A stretch of 56,811 bases of DNA from a virus (IMGVR_UViG_2698536317_000003); one strand, 5' to 3'. Numbered from the stretch's first letter, positions 34,872 through 43,619 are shown. Notes: generated by a model from the letters alone, not told the origin. Made by a program: numbers and translations.

Positions 34872-35150
34872 TTACCTCTTATAAGTAACAGCATCAGAGA
34901 TCAATAACACCGCCAACATCTCACCGTTATGTAACGGATCTGGAATACCAAAAAATATATCGCTTTTACTGTCAGGCACTACTACGCACATATTGCCTTG
35001 TTTATCTTCATGTACAAACCACGGCTTTTCGTGTGGCTCAAACATTCCAAAAAGCAATTTAAGATCTATCTCTTCACCCTTCGTGAATAACGATACATCC
35101 GTTGTAGCGATAACTAACGCTTTCTGATCTGCTGTTTTCTTTGTTCTCAT
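34872..35150 (-). CDS. Hypothetical protein (92 aa)
   Basis: ORF in small-gene block. Confidence 0.35.
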   Translation of the reverse strand: MRTKKTADQKALVIATTDVSLFTKGEEIDLKLLFGMFEPHEKPWFVHEDKQGNMCVVVPDSKSDIFFGIPDPLHNGEMLAVLLISDAVTYKR

Positions 35151-35425
35151 TACTCTGTACCCCAGCGGTCTATGCTGATTAAAAAGTCACGGATAGCGCG
35201 GCGTTCGTCGCGCGTTGGCTTGCGCTTCCGGTAAATCTTGAAATCAAACCATTCTTTTTCTTGTTCGAAATCCAGGTCGTAAGCAAGTGCCTCAATGTAT
35301 CCGCACTCGTGATACTGGTACGCCACGCCAGCACGAACAAAAAAGCGGGTTTTATCCCGCTTGTGTTCATAGATACGCATATTCACCCCGTTAAGCAGTT
35401 GTGTAGCTGTCCACCAGCTTTTCAT
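35150..35425 (-). CDS. Hypothetical protein (91 aa)
   Basis: ORF in small-gene block. Confidence 0.35.
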   Translation of the reverse strand: MKSWWTATQLLNGVNMRIYEHKRDKTRFFVRAGVAYQYHECGYIEALAYDLDFEQEKEWFDFKIYRKRKPTRDERRAIRDFLISIDRWGTE

Positions 35426-35621
35426 CTTTCATTCTGGCAAGCTGGGCGATGTTCATCGTGTAGCCGCCATCGGAGAAAAGCCACTCTGCCGTCTTGCGAC
35501 GAAAAGAAATATCATCATAGTTGCGCGTCCATGTAGTGATCGCTACGCGTTTCCCATCAGTGGCGAACATAGATAACGCGTTATCAACTACGTCGATAGC
35601 CTGCCAGATTTTTAGATCCAT
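35391..35621 (-). CDS. Hypothetical protein (76 aa)
   Basis: ORF in small-gene block. Confidence 0.3.
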   Translation of the reverse strand: MDLKIWQAIDVVDNALSMFATDGKRVAITTWTRNYDDISFRRKTAEWLFSDGGYTMNIAQLARMKDEKLVDSYTTA

Positions 35622-35977
35622 GATTTATCCCCGTAAATTTTGAATAATTCCCGCGCTTCCTGATCTTCGAATAGCTTTATATGCAGATCATGCAGGCGGC
35701 GCATAGTGCGGAAGCGCGGTCTGAATTCCTGGTTTCTTTTAATGTACTTACCACCAATTGAATAAATATGACCGTATGCATACCATCTATTACCCACCCA
35801 AATTAGATATTCTTCACCCTCATAATTAAATCTGATTGTAAGCTCGTCAACCTCCATTATTAATCCTTTGTCGAGGATGTCGTTTAGCATATCATCCCAT
35901 TCTTTGAGAAACGGTCGTTGATACATACCGAAAATTGTATTTGCAGCGTGGCAAAGGTAATCAATGATTATCTGCAT
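35612..35977 (-). CDS. Hypothetical protein (121 aa)
   Basis: ORF in small-gene block. Confidence 0.35.
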   Translation of the reverse strand: MQIIIDYLCHAANTIFGMYQRPFLKEWDDMLNDILDKGLIMEVDELTIRFNYEGEEYLIWVGNRWYAYGHIYSIGGKYIKRNQEFRPRFRTMRRLHDLHIKLFEDQEARELFKIYGDKSWI

Positions 35978-35981
35978 ATTA

Positions 35982-36197
35982 TCACCACATCATATAGTAA
36001 ACGTTATCGTAAGCTAATTGATCCGCGTCTTCTTGCGTCATGTGCCGCGCTTCCAGAAAGAAATCTTCGTTATGCCATTCACTAACAAGCATTCGCGCCC
36101 ATTTGCGGCGCTGGCGCTTATTGCGTCGCAGATCATCAAAAGCCTTTAATGCTTTGTCGTATGCCCTTACAAGGCGTTTGCGGTTACTTTTCATCAT
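35982..36197 (-). CDS. Hypothetical protein (71 aa)
   Basis: ORF in small-gene block. Confidence 0.35.
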   Translation of the reverse strand: MMKSNRKRLVRAYDKALKAFDDLRRNKRQRRKWARMLVSEWHNEDFFLEARHMTQEDADQLAYDNVYYMMW

Positions 36198-36462
36198 TGT
36201 GATCCTTTAAACAGTCGTTATAGCCTTCAATGTATCCGGTTAATCCAGTGTTACTAACCGACCAGTCAGCCGAACGGCGCTTGATGGCCTTGTCCATAGT
36301 CATAGCATCAACCGGATCTGTTAAGTCTATATATTTCCGCAATTCCGTAACTATTACCGCCCTTAATTGTTGTGCATTTGAGTACGTCCTTGCTTTGTCA
36401 GTTATTCCGTTTACAAGCTCTCTAAATTCATGATCCTTTAATTTAGGCTTCATTATCGTCAC
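36184..36462 (-). CDS. Hypothetical protein (92 aa)
   Basis: ORF in small-gene block. Confidence 0.35.
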   Translation of the reverse strand: MTIMKPKLKDHEFRELVNGITDKARTYSNAQQLRAVIVTELRKYIDLTDPVDAMTMDKAIKRRSADWSVSNTGLTGYIEGYNDCLKDHNDEK

Positions 36463-36646
36463 CCCGCTTGTAAATTTTGACAGGCTTAATAGGTATGGCA
36501 GGTAATTCTCCCTCGTTTAATGCGCTTGCCATGCCCAATATTAAACGCGCTTCTGCACCAGTTACTTTTTTACACCATGCACCGCCCGTTTTATCTTCGA
36601 ACAAGATAACAGCAAACTGATCGTTTATTTCCAGCTTATCCATCAT
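36443..36646 (-). CDS. Hypothetical protein (67 aa)
   Basis: Overlaps stop of upstream Q-like gene. Confidence 0.35.
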   Translation of the reverse strand: MMDKLEINDQFAVILFEDKTGGAWCKKVTGAEARLILGMASALNEGELPAIPIKPVKIYKRGDDNEA

Positions 36647-37365
36647 TCACCCCGTGTAACTCGTTTAATTTCGTTATCAGCACGCGCCTCTTCTTTGAAC
36701 AATTCGGCAATGGCGTCTTCATAGAAAGCACGGTATTTCTTCCACCACGTTGATCGGCTTACCGGGAAAACAAGCTGATTAACCGCCTGCCGTACAAGAT
36801 CTACAGGGAAACGCGAGTACCCGCGCCCGCCGCAATGCTGGCACGTTTTGAACACTGGCATTTCCGCCGCTTCACTGGCTGCTTTATCCGGTACTTCGCC
36901 ACGGCCCTTGCATTGTTTACAATGATTGCGAACTGTCCCATGCCCCTTGCATTTTTTGCAAAGGTGTTTTTCTCCGTATTCGTCAAACGTAAATTTATAT
37001 CCGCCGCACTCCATACAAGTTTTTTCCGTCGCGGCGCTTTGGCAATAATCCCGAAACGCGAAAACGGCAACAAGAATAATGAGATCATTGCGTTTGGCCT
37101 CGTCCAGTTCCATAACGTATTCATAATCTTTTGCCATAGCCCTTAAACGCTCTGTAAGCAAAACTACGGCCTTATGTTTTTCGGCTTGTGATAGCTCCAT
37201 CTTTCCCAAAAAAGCGCTATAGCCAAGCTCTACGCGCGATTGCGCCATACCCGCAGCGGTTAGCGCATCCGTCGTATTAAGAGCTTCCGGGGACGTGCCC
37301 CGGCTTTCGTCAGATAATCGCGGTGATTTAGGAAAGTGGAATTTTAGAATGGATTCTAAATTCAT
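36643..37365 (-). CDS. Putative antitermination protein Q-like with four DnaJ-type CxxCxGxG zinc-finger repeats
   Basis: 240-aa ORF downstream of rusA; repeats CMECGGY, CKKCKGHG, CKQCKGRG, CQHCGGRG; assignment tentative. Confidence 0.4.
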   Translation of the reverse strand: MNLESILKFHFPKSPRLSDESRGTSPEALNTTDALTAAGMAQSRVELGYSAFLGKMELSQAEKHKAVVLLTERLRAMAKDYEYVMELDEAKRNDLIILVAVFAFRDYCQSAATEKTCMECGGYKFTFDEYGEKHLCKKCKGHGTVRNHCKQCKGRGEVPDKAASEAAEMPVFKTCQHCGGRGYSRFPVDLVRQAVNQLVFPVSRSTWWKKYRAFYEDAIAELFKEEARADNEIKRVTRGE

Positions 37366-37547
37366 TATTTGCCCTCATAACGTGCCGCCAGCCGTTTACG
37401 ATCAGAAATGGATTGCACCAGCTTTCTTTCGAACTCTTTCAGCGCAAGTAATTCGCGCATGTGGAAAGCCTGGATTTGTCGGACCGTCTCTAAATCACGC
37501 TCGTCGCGCTGAATATCTATTTGCAGATCTTTAACTTCGTTTTTCAT
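37365..37547 (-). CDS. Hypothetical coiled-coil protein (60 aa)
   Basis: ORF between rusA and Q-like gene. Confidence 0.3.
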   Translation of the reverse strand: MKNEVKDLQIDIQRDERDLETVRQIQAFHMRELLALKEFERKLVQSISDRKRLAARYEGK

Positions 37548-37951
37548 TGCTCACCCCACATATTAGTCGCGTATTCGTCAATATCCGGTAGTAGGTCGCC
37601 GCGTTCGCGGATCTTAATAAACAAGCGTCCGCCTTTTACCTTCCGGCAGCGAACAATTTTTATTGAGTCGATTTGCCCGTCATCCTTCCAGAATCCGGCA
37701 TAAGTAAGGCTGTCAAAAAGGCATTTAGGGATATTGTCCAGATCTCTGATCCGGTTATCCGGCGGCGCGGCGTAAATGGCAATTGCCAGTCGGCAAGGTA
37801 GGTTAATATTTAAATTTAATAGCTCGATGATGTCTCTTACCTGCTCCCTGTATTCTTTTCCAACCTTGCTGATATAGTGAAAACCTCGTGAATGTCGGTA
37901 ATAGCGGTTATTCGATGGCGGGTAAGGCAGGCTAAATGTATACTCGTTCAT
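37544..37951 (-). CDS. rusA: Holliday-junction resolvase RusA
   Basis: N-terminus MNEYTFSLPYPPSNNRYYRH and LDNIPK motif match recalled RusA. Confidence 0.85.
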   Translation of the reverse strand: MNEYTFSLPYPPSNNRYYRHSRGFHYISKVGKEYREQVRDIIELLNLNINLPCRLAIAIYAAPPDNRIRDLDNIPKCLFDSLTYAGFWKDDGQIDSIKIVRCRKVKGGRLFIKIRERGDLLPDIDEYATNMWGEQ

Positions 37952-37964
37952 GCCGCCTTTCTCC

Positions 37965-38441
37965 TTATTTTCCGTGATTTGGATGAAAACCATATTTAAT
38001 TTCAGCTTCTTGTCTCGCTTTGATTGCGTCCTCCATTCTGTCGAATCTGCCTAAAGTAATACATTTATAATTTACCCAAATTTGCGAATACCATTTCTTG
38101 CGCTCTTTATCCCAATAAACACCAATATAACCACTGGTATTGTTTTTGTTTTTTGGTCTATTCTTCGCGTTCTCCTTGCCTAACACCAATCTAAAATTAT
38201 TAAGCCTGTTATTGCTAGGGTCATGATCCAAATGATCTATCTCGTACCCTTCCGGGATTGGGCCGTTGTGCATTTCCCATATAATACGGTGCGCTTTATA
38301 CCATCTACCAAAAAGCCTAACGCGTATGCGACCAGTATCATTTGGACACCCAGCAATACTCCCGGCTTTCATTCTACCGCGTGACTTTTTCCATATCAGG
38401 TTAATACCATCGTAACAAAACCATTCGTGCCAGTTCATCAT
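37965..38441 (-). CDS. HNH homing-type endonuclease
   Basis: Motif HRIIWEMHNGPIPEGYEIDHLDHDPSNNRLNN plus AP2-like C-terminus; AT-richer than neighbours. Confidence 0.7.
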   Translation of the reverse strand: MMNWHEWFCYDGINLIWKKSRGRMKAGSIAGCPNDTGRIRVRLFGRWYKAHRIIWEMHNGPIPEGYEIDHLDHDPSNNRLNNFRLVLGKENAKNRPKNKNNTSGYIGVYWDKERKKWYSQIWVNYKCITLGRFDRMEDAIKARQEAEIKYGFHPNHGK

Positions 38442-38456
38442 GCAATACACTCCCAA

Positions 38457-39071
38457 TCATGCGCATTGCGCTCTCTCCTTCCTTAATGTGTCTAATTTAC
38501 GCTGATATATATTTATTATTTCTTTGCATTCTTCGATTGTCCATTTGTGAGTCTCGTTATTATTTTCTAATGCCTCCACCCTTTCTAATCCTATTTTTTT
38601 TATTAAATTTATTCTGTATAACTCAACATTGCCGTCCAATACCTGATTGCAATGTCGGCATTGTAGGTTTACGTTATCCTCGTTAAAGCGAAGGTGTCCG
38701 GCTGCCGCTACTGTGCGCCAGTGTCCAGCATCAGCGCCGCATTGTTCGTAATAATAAGTCCCGCACGATATACACGGCTGACCCGCGTCACGTTCGCGGA
38801 TATAGGCATTAAATACAGCTTGTGCCTGCTTTAACCAATAACTACGCGGATTTAACTGCTTCCGCTTCCGGTTGCGCTCTTCCCGCTGGCTATCACGGCG
38901 TCTCTTCCGCTCCATAGCCTTCATAGCCTTCTCACGGTCGCGGCATAGCTGATCAAACTTCAGCTCTTCCAGACATTCATCGCTGCACCATGTTTGATTG
39001 TGATATTTAGGCTCAAAAAAAACGCCGCAGCATTTGCAACGGCGTCTTATGGGTTTTTTAGGGTTCTGCAT
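38457..39071 (-). CDS. ninG: Recombination protein NinG
   Basis: Cys-rich motifs and C-terminal HKWTIEECK resemble recalled lambda NinG. Confidence 0.8.
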   Translation of the reverse strand: MQNPKKPIRRRCKCCGVFFEPKYHNQTWCSDECLEELKFDQLCRDREKAMKAMERKRRRDSQREERNRKRKQLNPRSYWLKQAQAVFNAYIRERDAGQPCISCGTYYYEQCGADAGHWRTVAAAGHLRFNEDNVNLQCRHCNQVLDGNVELYRINLIKKIGLERVEALENNNETHKWTIEECKEIINIYQRKLDTLRKERAQCA

Positions 39072-39085
39072 AAAAACCACCCCGA

Positions 39086-39262
39086 TTATTTTTGATTCTC
39101 TGTTTCGTTCAGCCTTTCGGCGTGTCCGGCCCTTAGCCAATGTTCTAAGCATTCGTTGCACTCGTTACAGCCTCCTTTCTTCGTGCTGCATACATTGCAC
39201 ATTGCACGCATGACGCTCTCTCGTTCATAGTCGTCATGCCATTGGTAATTATCAAAAGGCAT
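39086..39262 (-). CDS. NinF-like zinc-ribbon protein
   Basis: 58-aa ORF with CNVCS...CNECNEC Cys cluster. Confidence 0.4.
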   Translation of the reverse strand: MPFDNYQWHDDYERESVMRAMCNVCSTKKGGCNECNECLEHWLRAGHAERLNETENQK

Positions 39263-39383
39263 AATGCTCTCTCCTTTTAAGGTGATTTCTACGCATTTCA
39301 GCGCTGCCGGATTTTTAAAGAGCATTTTGCTTGCTTGAAGTATACAAAATGGATACGTGTAAACAAGACGAATAGCGCCATTA

Positions 39384-39399
39384 TGTGATCCACATCACG
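39384..39399. promoter_or_regulatory. CRP-like palindrome TGTGA-N6-TCACG nested in a 29-bp palindrome
   Basis: ccattatgtgatccacatcacgcaatgg read directly (39378-39406). Confidence 0.4.
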
Positions 39400-39421
39400 C
39401 AATGGCGCCATTTTGTAAATT

Positions 39422-40210
39422 TCAGTCCGGCAAAACGCGGTTGAGCGTAGTACGATTGATGGCCCTGTCGTTAGCCAGGAACACAGCACGGGCAAAGCCG
39501 CGCGGCGTTAGTGAGCGGATCATCTTAGTGCGTTTCGACTTTCCTCCCAACTTCGCGTGCTGCTTACTGTCTTCCCATTCGTCCGGCATTGGCACAGGCC
39601 GGAACAGCGGCTGTTTAAATCCGTTGCCGCACCAAATACAAGTTTTCTTCGTGTATGCGTCGCGGGCCGCTATGTATTCAGGGAAGGCAGGATGTTTGTC
39701 ATCTTCCGGCAGGTAGCCACCGTAAGCGCACGGGTTGAAAATAAAATCAGGTTTACGCCATAGCGTTGACAGTGCGCCCACCGGATTTTCCACCATCCAC
39801 GGCACGTTATACATATTCGCCAGTTTTTCTACCAATTTTGCGTTATACGCCGCCTTTACCTGGAAAGCAGGATCTTTTTTTCGCTTATCAGCGAACCAGC
39901 GAGCACCAGACACAGCGAGATCGTCGCACGGCGGAAAGCCCAATATAATGTCAGGTGCTGGATAAGAAGATAATTCAGGTGAGAACATTGCCAGGAAATG
40001 GCTGTCAATCCATACGTTAACGTATTCAATATTCGGATGAATGATTTTAACGCCTTCATAATCGCCGTGGTTTGCGCCGTCATAGTTGAAGCAATAGCAC
40101 TTATACCCAGCTTCCGCCCAGTCTTTAACGGCGTACCCGCTGCCGTCGTACAGCGACCACACAACCCAACTTCTAAGCCAATTATTTAACCAGTGTTTAG
40201 CCTTGCTCAT
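39422..40210 (-). CDS. Divergent DNA cytosine-C5 methyltransferase-like protein
   Basis: Motif I-like LYDGSGY, motif IV-like GFPPCDDLAVSG, motif VI-like ENPVG. Confidence 0.45.
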   Translation of the reverse strand: MSKAKHWLNNWLRSWVVWSLYDGSGYAVKDWAEAGYKCYCFNYDGANHGDYEGVKIIHPNIEYVNVWIDSHFLAMFSPELSSYPAPDIILGFPPCDDLAVSGARWFADKRKKDPAFQVKAAYNAKLVEKLANMYNVPWMVENPVGALSTLWRKPDFIFNPCAYGGYLPEDDKHPAFPEYIAARDAYTKKTCIWCGNGFKQPLFRPVPMPDEWEDSKQHAKLGGKSKRTKMIRSLTPRGFARAVFLANDRAINRTTLNRVLPD

Positions 40211-40710
40211 TTTCTGCCCTCAAACGTGAAATAGCGGCGCATGATGATAGTGATCACCGTTACCGCTGCCATTTTTGAGATGAATTGCATCGCTGATATT
40301 TCCGGCATAAACGCCATAAACGATAGCGTCGGGAAAATTAACGCATCCCCGATGGCTGAAGCTATATTTGCAGGCCAGCGTTTCGAATCAAAATCACCAG
40401 GCAAAACCCGGTAAACGCCGCCAGAAATAAGCGCACCGGAAACAACAGCAACGAATGACGCGATCGCCACCATTCCGGCGTCGTAATTTATCAGCACAGT
40501 GATTGCGCCAGCGGCGGCGCATGTTGTAGCCGACCATTTCAGGCCGCCGTCATATAACAGAAAGTCGCGGATCATCATATTTACACACACTGCGGCTACC
40601 GTAGTGACCGGAATCACCCACGGGCCGCAATGGTTAACAATAAGGTTGATGATCACGAAAACGGCGACATAAACGCAGGCCAGTAACCTGTCAATTGCCA
40701 CCTTTTCCAT
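40207..40710 (-). CDS. Polytopic inner-membrane protein, unknown function
   Basis: Four or more hydrophobic helices; between the two methyltransferase genes. Confidence 0.5.
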   Translation of the reverse strand: MEKVAIDRLLACVYVAVFVIINLIVNHCGPWVIPVTTVAAVCVNMMIRDFLLYDGGLKWSATTCAAAGAITVLINYDAGMVAIASFVAVVSGALISGGVYRVLPGDFDSKRWPANIASAIGDALIFPTLSFMAFMPEISAMQFISKMAAVTVITIIMRRYFTFEGRK

Positions 40711-40714
40711 TTTG

Positions 40715-41176
40715 CTATCCCTCTTCTGACTGATACCCAAAATTCAAATCAAGCAAATCAGTAGCGCAACGACATTGAGGGTTAATCTCTGAAGGAGATA
40801 AGCCATTACAGGATATTATAACTCCATCATTTACCATCCCATCATTAATATTGGCGGCAGTGAACTGATTTTTCTTTTGCTCATTCTCCCGATCATTTAA
40901 TATTTGCTCCGCTTTTAGTGCGCTGTAGCTGATTAAGTCAACCAAAGTATCAGTAGGGTCAGAACCATTAGCCAAAATTGCCTCTAAACGCGCCTCCTTA
41001 AGACAAATCAACAGATCCCATACATCAAGTGGGGTTAAATTTGCGCCCTTCTTAGCGTTGTAAATGGTGGCTATTTTTGGCGCTGATTTTTCTTCTTTTC
41101 TGTCGTAGCCGTTTTGTTTACCTCTTTGCTCTATTGTTTCTGCTGCAAGTCGTAATAAATCTGCTGCACTAGTCAT
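40715..41176 (-). CDS. Hypothetical protein (about 153 aa)
   Basis: ORF between Dam-like gene and membrane protein gene. Confidence 0.35.
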   Translation of the reverse strand: MTSAADLLRLAAETIEQRGKQNGYDRKEEKSAPKIATIYNAKKGANLTPLDVWDLLICLKEARLEAILANGSDPTDTLVDLISYSALKAEQILNDRENEQKKNQFTAANINDGMVNDGVIISCNGLSPSEINPQCRCATDLLDLNFGYQSEEG

Positions 41177-41717
41177 TTTCTGCACCTCTTGCATATAGCT
41201 CTTTACGTGTTATCTGCGTGAAAATACATTCATGTCTGCACCGTGGATGCCAGATCAAAAACAAGCTCCCTTTGTTGTTTCCGCTCACTGGCTTACCAGT
41301 CGCAGCATTTATAAAAGCCAGCCGCCCGCGCGTTATTAATCTGCATTCGTTTGCCGTCTCAACGCCGTTCATAAACCAGCTAACAGAAATGTCAGCGGGC
41401 AATAACATTACGCAACCGATGTGGTTTCGGCTGTGTTCAAGCGCCGCTTTATCAACGAATGGCCCCGGGTTCGAATATGGTGGATTCATCCAGACATACT
41501 CACCAGGCATTGCCACCGCTCCCCACGGATAATGCAGCGTGTCCATTTCTTCGGTTATATATCGCGGGATTAATGCGTTTGCCTTGTTTGCCGCCACGTC
41601 AGCGACAAATTCAAACTCACGATCCATTCCTCTAAAAACTGGTTTAGGTGTCTGCCACAGGTCTTTAATTTCCTTCGGCGTACTGCTGCCTCCAAAATCA
41701 TTTTTCATTATGACCAC
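41169..41717 (-). CDS. Phage DNA N6-adenine methyltransferase (Dam-like)
   Basis: Catalytic NPPY motif in VWMNPPYSNP; size typical of phage Dam family. Confidence 0.8.
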   Translation of the reverse strand: MVIMKNDFGGSSTPKEIKDLWQTPKPVFRGMDREFEFVADVAANKANALIPRYITEEMDTLHYPWGAVAMPGEYVWMNPPYSNPGPFVDKAALEHSRNHIGCVMLLPADISVSWFMNGVETANECRLITRGRLAFINAATGKPVSGNNKGSLFLIWHPRCRHECIFTQITRKELYARGAEND

Positions 41718-41720
41718 CCA

Positions 41721-41972
41721 CTAGAAATAGTCCTGTTCCGTTCCCCAACGGTTGTTCAAATATCCCACCAACCAGATAAAACGCTCAATACTGATTAGTG
41801 GGGCGACCTTGCGATAATGCTTTTCTAATATCAGCCGCGTAGCTTTATCGCTGTAGCCGTTTCTTTCTACCTCCGCTTTGCAGGCAGAAAGCGCTGCGCG
41901 GGCGGCAGCTTTTACGGCATTAAATTGCAGTTCTGACATATTGAACAAAGCCATAGGATCACCATTCATCAC
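41721..41972 (-). CDS. Hypothetical protein (83 aa)
   Basis: ORF in early-left small-gene block. Confidence 0.35.
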   Translation of the reverse strand: MMNGDPMALFNMSELQFNAVKAAARAALSACKAEVERNGYSDKATRLILEKHYRKVAPLISIERFIWLVGYLNNRWGTEQDYF

Positions 41973-42195
41973 CCCAATCAGGCGCTACAGTCCAGCAAAA
42001 ACCAATGAATGCGCTAACAGCCAATAAAGCGCGGGCTGCAAAAAGAATATTCCCAATGTCGTTAAATTCAGGCAGCGACCACGTAATAAACATATCCCCC
42101 AGCATGATAACACCGATAACAGTCAGGGCCGCCAGGAAAACAAAAAGCGTAGCCAAAAGCCACACCCCCAACCAGTTAAAAAAGCTCTTAACCAT
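41959..42195 (-). CDS. Small two-TM membrane protein (78 aa)
   Basis: Two hydrophobic helices. Confidence 0.4.
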   Translation of the reverse strand: MVKSFFNWLGVWLLATLFVFLAALTVIGVIMLGDMFITWSLPEFNDIGNILFAARALLAVSAFIGFCWTVAPDWGDEW

Positions 42196-42196
42196 T

Positions 42197-42400
42197 TTAA
42201 ACCTCGTCTATTACACCGCCTTGCACGCGTTCCTTAATATCCCACACGTGAGGCAAGCATATTTCTTGATAATAGTGATCCGGCCTGCTGCCGAAATACC
42301 ATTTACCATCCATATAAAAATAAACGCCAGAAAAATCTCCCGGCGCTGCTTTTGTTGCTGCTTCTGGAATTTTCCATTCTTTATAGCGTTTATACTTCAT
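42197..42400 (-). CDS. Hypothetical protein (67 aa)
   Basis: ORF in early-left block. Confidence 0.3.
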   Translation of the reverse strand: MKYKRYKEWKIPEAATKAAPGDFSGVYFYMDGKWYFGSRPDHYYQEICLPHVWDIKERVQGGVIDEV

Positions 42401-42581
42401 ACATTTTTACCGTCTGTTTTAGATCTTTTAATGTGCAAGGCATCAAGCGAAAATGCTGAACGCCTTTAATGATGCAGATTAGGTAAATGTCACCGATTGA
42501 GTTGTAGTAATAACATCCGCAATAACCGACACCAGCTAATTTGGCGTTGTCCGGTAACTTATATTCTCCAACGCACTTCAT
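42390..42581 (-). CDS. Hypothetical Cys-rich protein (63 aa)
   Basis: ORF in early-left block. Confidence 0.3.
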   Translation of the reverse strand: MKCVGEYKLPDNAKLAGVGYCGCYYYNSIGDIYLICIIKGVQHFRLMPCTLKDLKQTVKMYEV

Positions 42582-42679
42582 AAATCACCTCATATGGTAT
42601 TCAATAAACCACCTGATAAACAGGCATAAGGCAATAAAACCCCAGCAACAGCACATATAAAACAATGTGTCGTCCATAA

Positions 42680-42898
42680 TTAAGCCTCAATAACACCGTA
42701 ATCAAACGTGCCTAAATACCGTTCGATGCTTACAACCTCAATACCATCAATGCACCGTTTCCACACAGACACCCGGCTTTCATTTTCCCGGAAGTGCATA
42801 TTAGAAAGCACTTCATCGGCTGGATAGCCTTTCCCGGCGACGTAGGCATCGTGACCTACTCCACCCTCAACACAATAAAGCATTAATTCGCGGGCCAT
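42680..42898 (-). CDS. Hypothetical protein (72 aa)
   Basis: Preceded by CRP-like site at 42980-42995. Confidence 0.35.
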   Translation of the reverse strand: MARELMLYCVEGGVGHDAYVAGKGYPADEVLSNMHFRENESRVSVWKRCIDGIEVVSIERYLGTFDYGVIEA

Positions 42899-42998
42899 CT
42901 TGTTTTTCCTCCGCGCCGTAAACCTTTTGATTTCAGTTCACAAAACGGATTTACGATCACAACACAAAATGTATTTCTATGTGATCGCCATCACTATG

Positions 42999-43619
42999 TT
43001 AATGAAGTACGCGTTTTTCAGGTTCTGGCATTAGCTGTGCGTCTTTCCGCGCGTCATTAAGCACAGCTATAGCTACCTGTACACCTAAATCATTTGCGCG
43101 CATATTATTGCCAACCATTTCGCTGTAAAATAATGGCATGATCGCCTTTACTTCTTCCTCTGTGTGACCTTCATCAATACACTTCTGTAACGCTTTAGCC
43201 TCGAATACTTTTTTCATTACGCCGCGCACAGAATACAGCGCAACGCTACCCATATGATTTTCATCTAACGGGAAAATAACAGCACTTCCGAACGCCAGCG
43301 GGTCAATCTCTTCCGGTACTGGTACTCGCCCAAATTCTTCTTCCATTCGTTTTACGAAAGTGAGGCAGAAGACATAACGAGCTACGGCAGTTTTTTCTTC
43401 AGCGTTTAAAGACACATAATCGCGGATCGACGCGTCCATCACAATATCAACAATCTGTAACGCCAGATTCAAATCAGCGTCATACGCACCAGCTTCCATA
43501 TCTTTTAATACTTCGTGATAATCCTTCGTTTCCACTTCATGAAAACTTGCATCTTCAGCATAACGAGTGATTAACATGCCATCGCTGCCGAGTGAATAAG
43601 CTGTTTTGATGTCGTTCAT
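42999..43619 (-). CDS. Hypothetical protein (206 aa)
   Basis: ORF in early-left block. Confidence 0.45.
   Translation of the reverse strand: MNDIKTAYSLGSDGMLITRYAEDASFHEVETKDYHEVLKDMEAGAYDADLNLALQIVDIVMDASIRDYVSLNAEEKTAVARYVFCLTFVKRMEEEFGRVPVPEEIDPLAFGSAVIFPLDENHMGSVALYSVRGVMKKVFEAKALQKCIDEGHTEEEVKAIMPLFYSEMVGNNMRANDLGVQVAIAVLNDARKDAQLMPEPEKRVLH

Noticed and set aside
31571-36646. Shiga-toxin-like or other recognisable toxin cargo between Q-like and lysis genes
   Set aside because: No ORF of appropriate size with an A/B-subunit signal-peptide architecture; all ORFs are small and unrecognised, so the block is reported as unknown cargo rather than a named toxin.
40207-40710. Assignment of the membrane protein between the methyltransferases as a YhhQ/queuosine-precursor transporter
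   Set aside because: Only size and general hydrophobicity are compatible; no conserved motif could be matched from memory and no deazaguanine-pathway genes are present.
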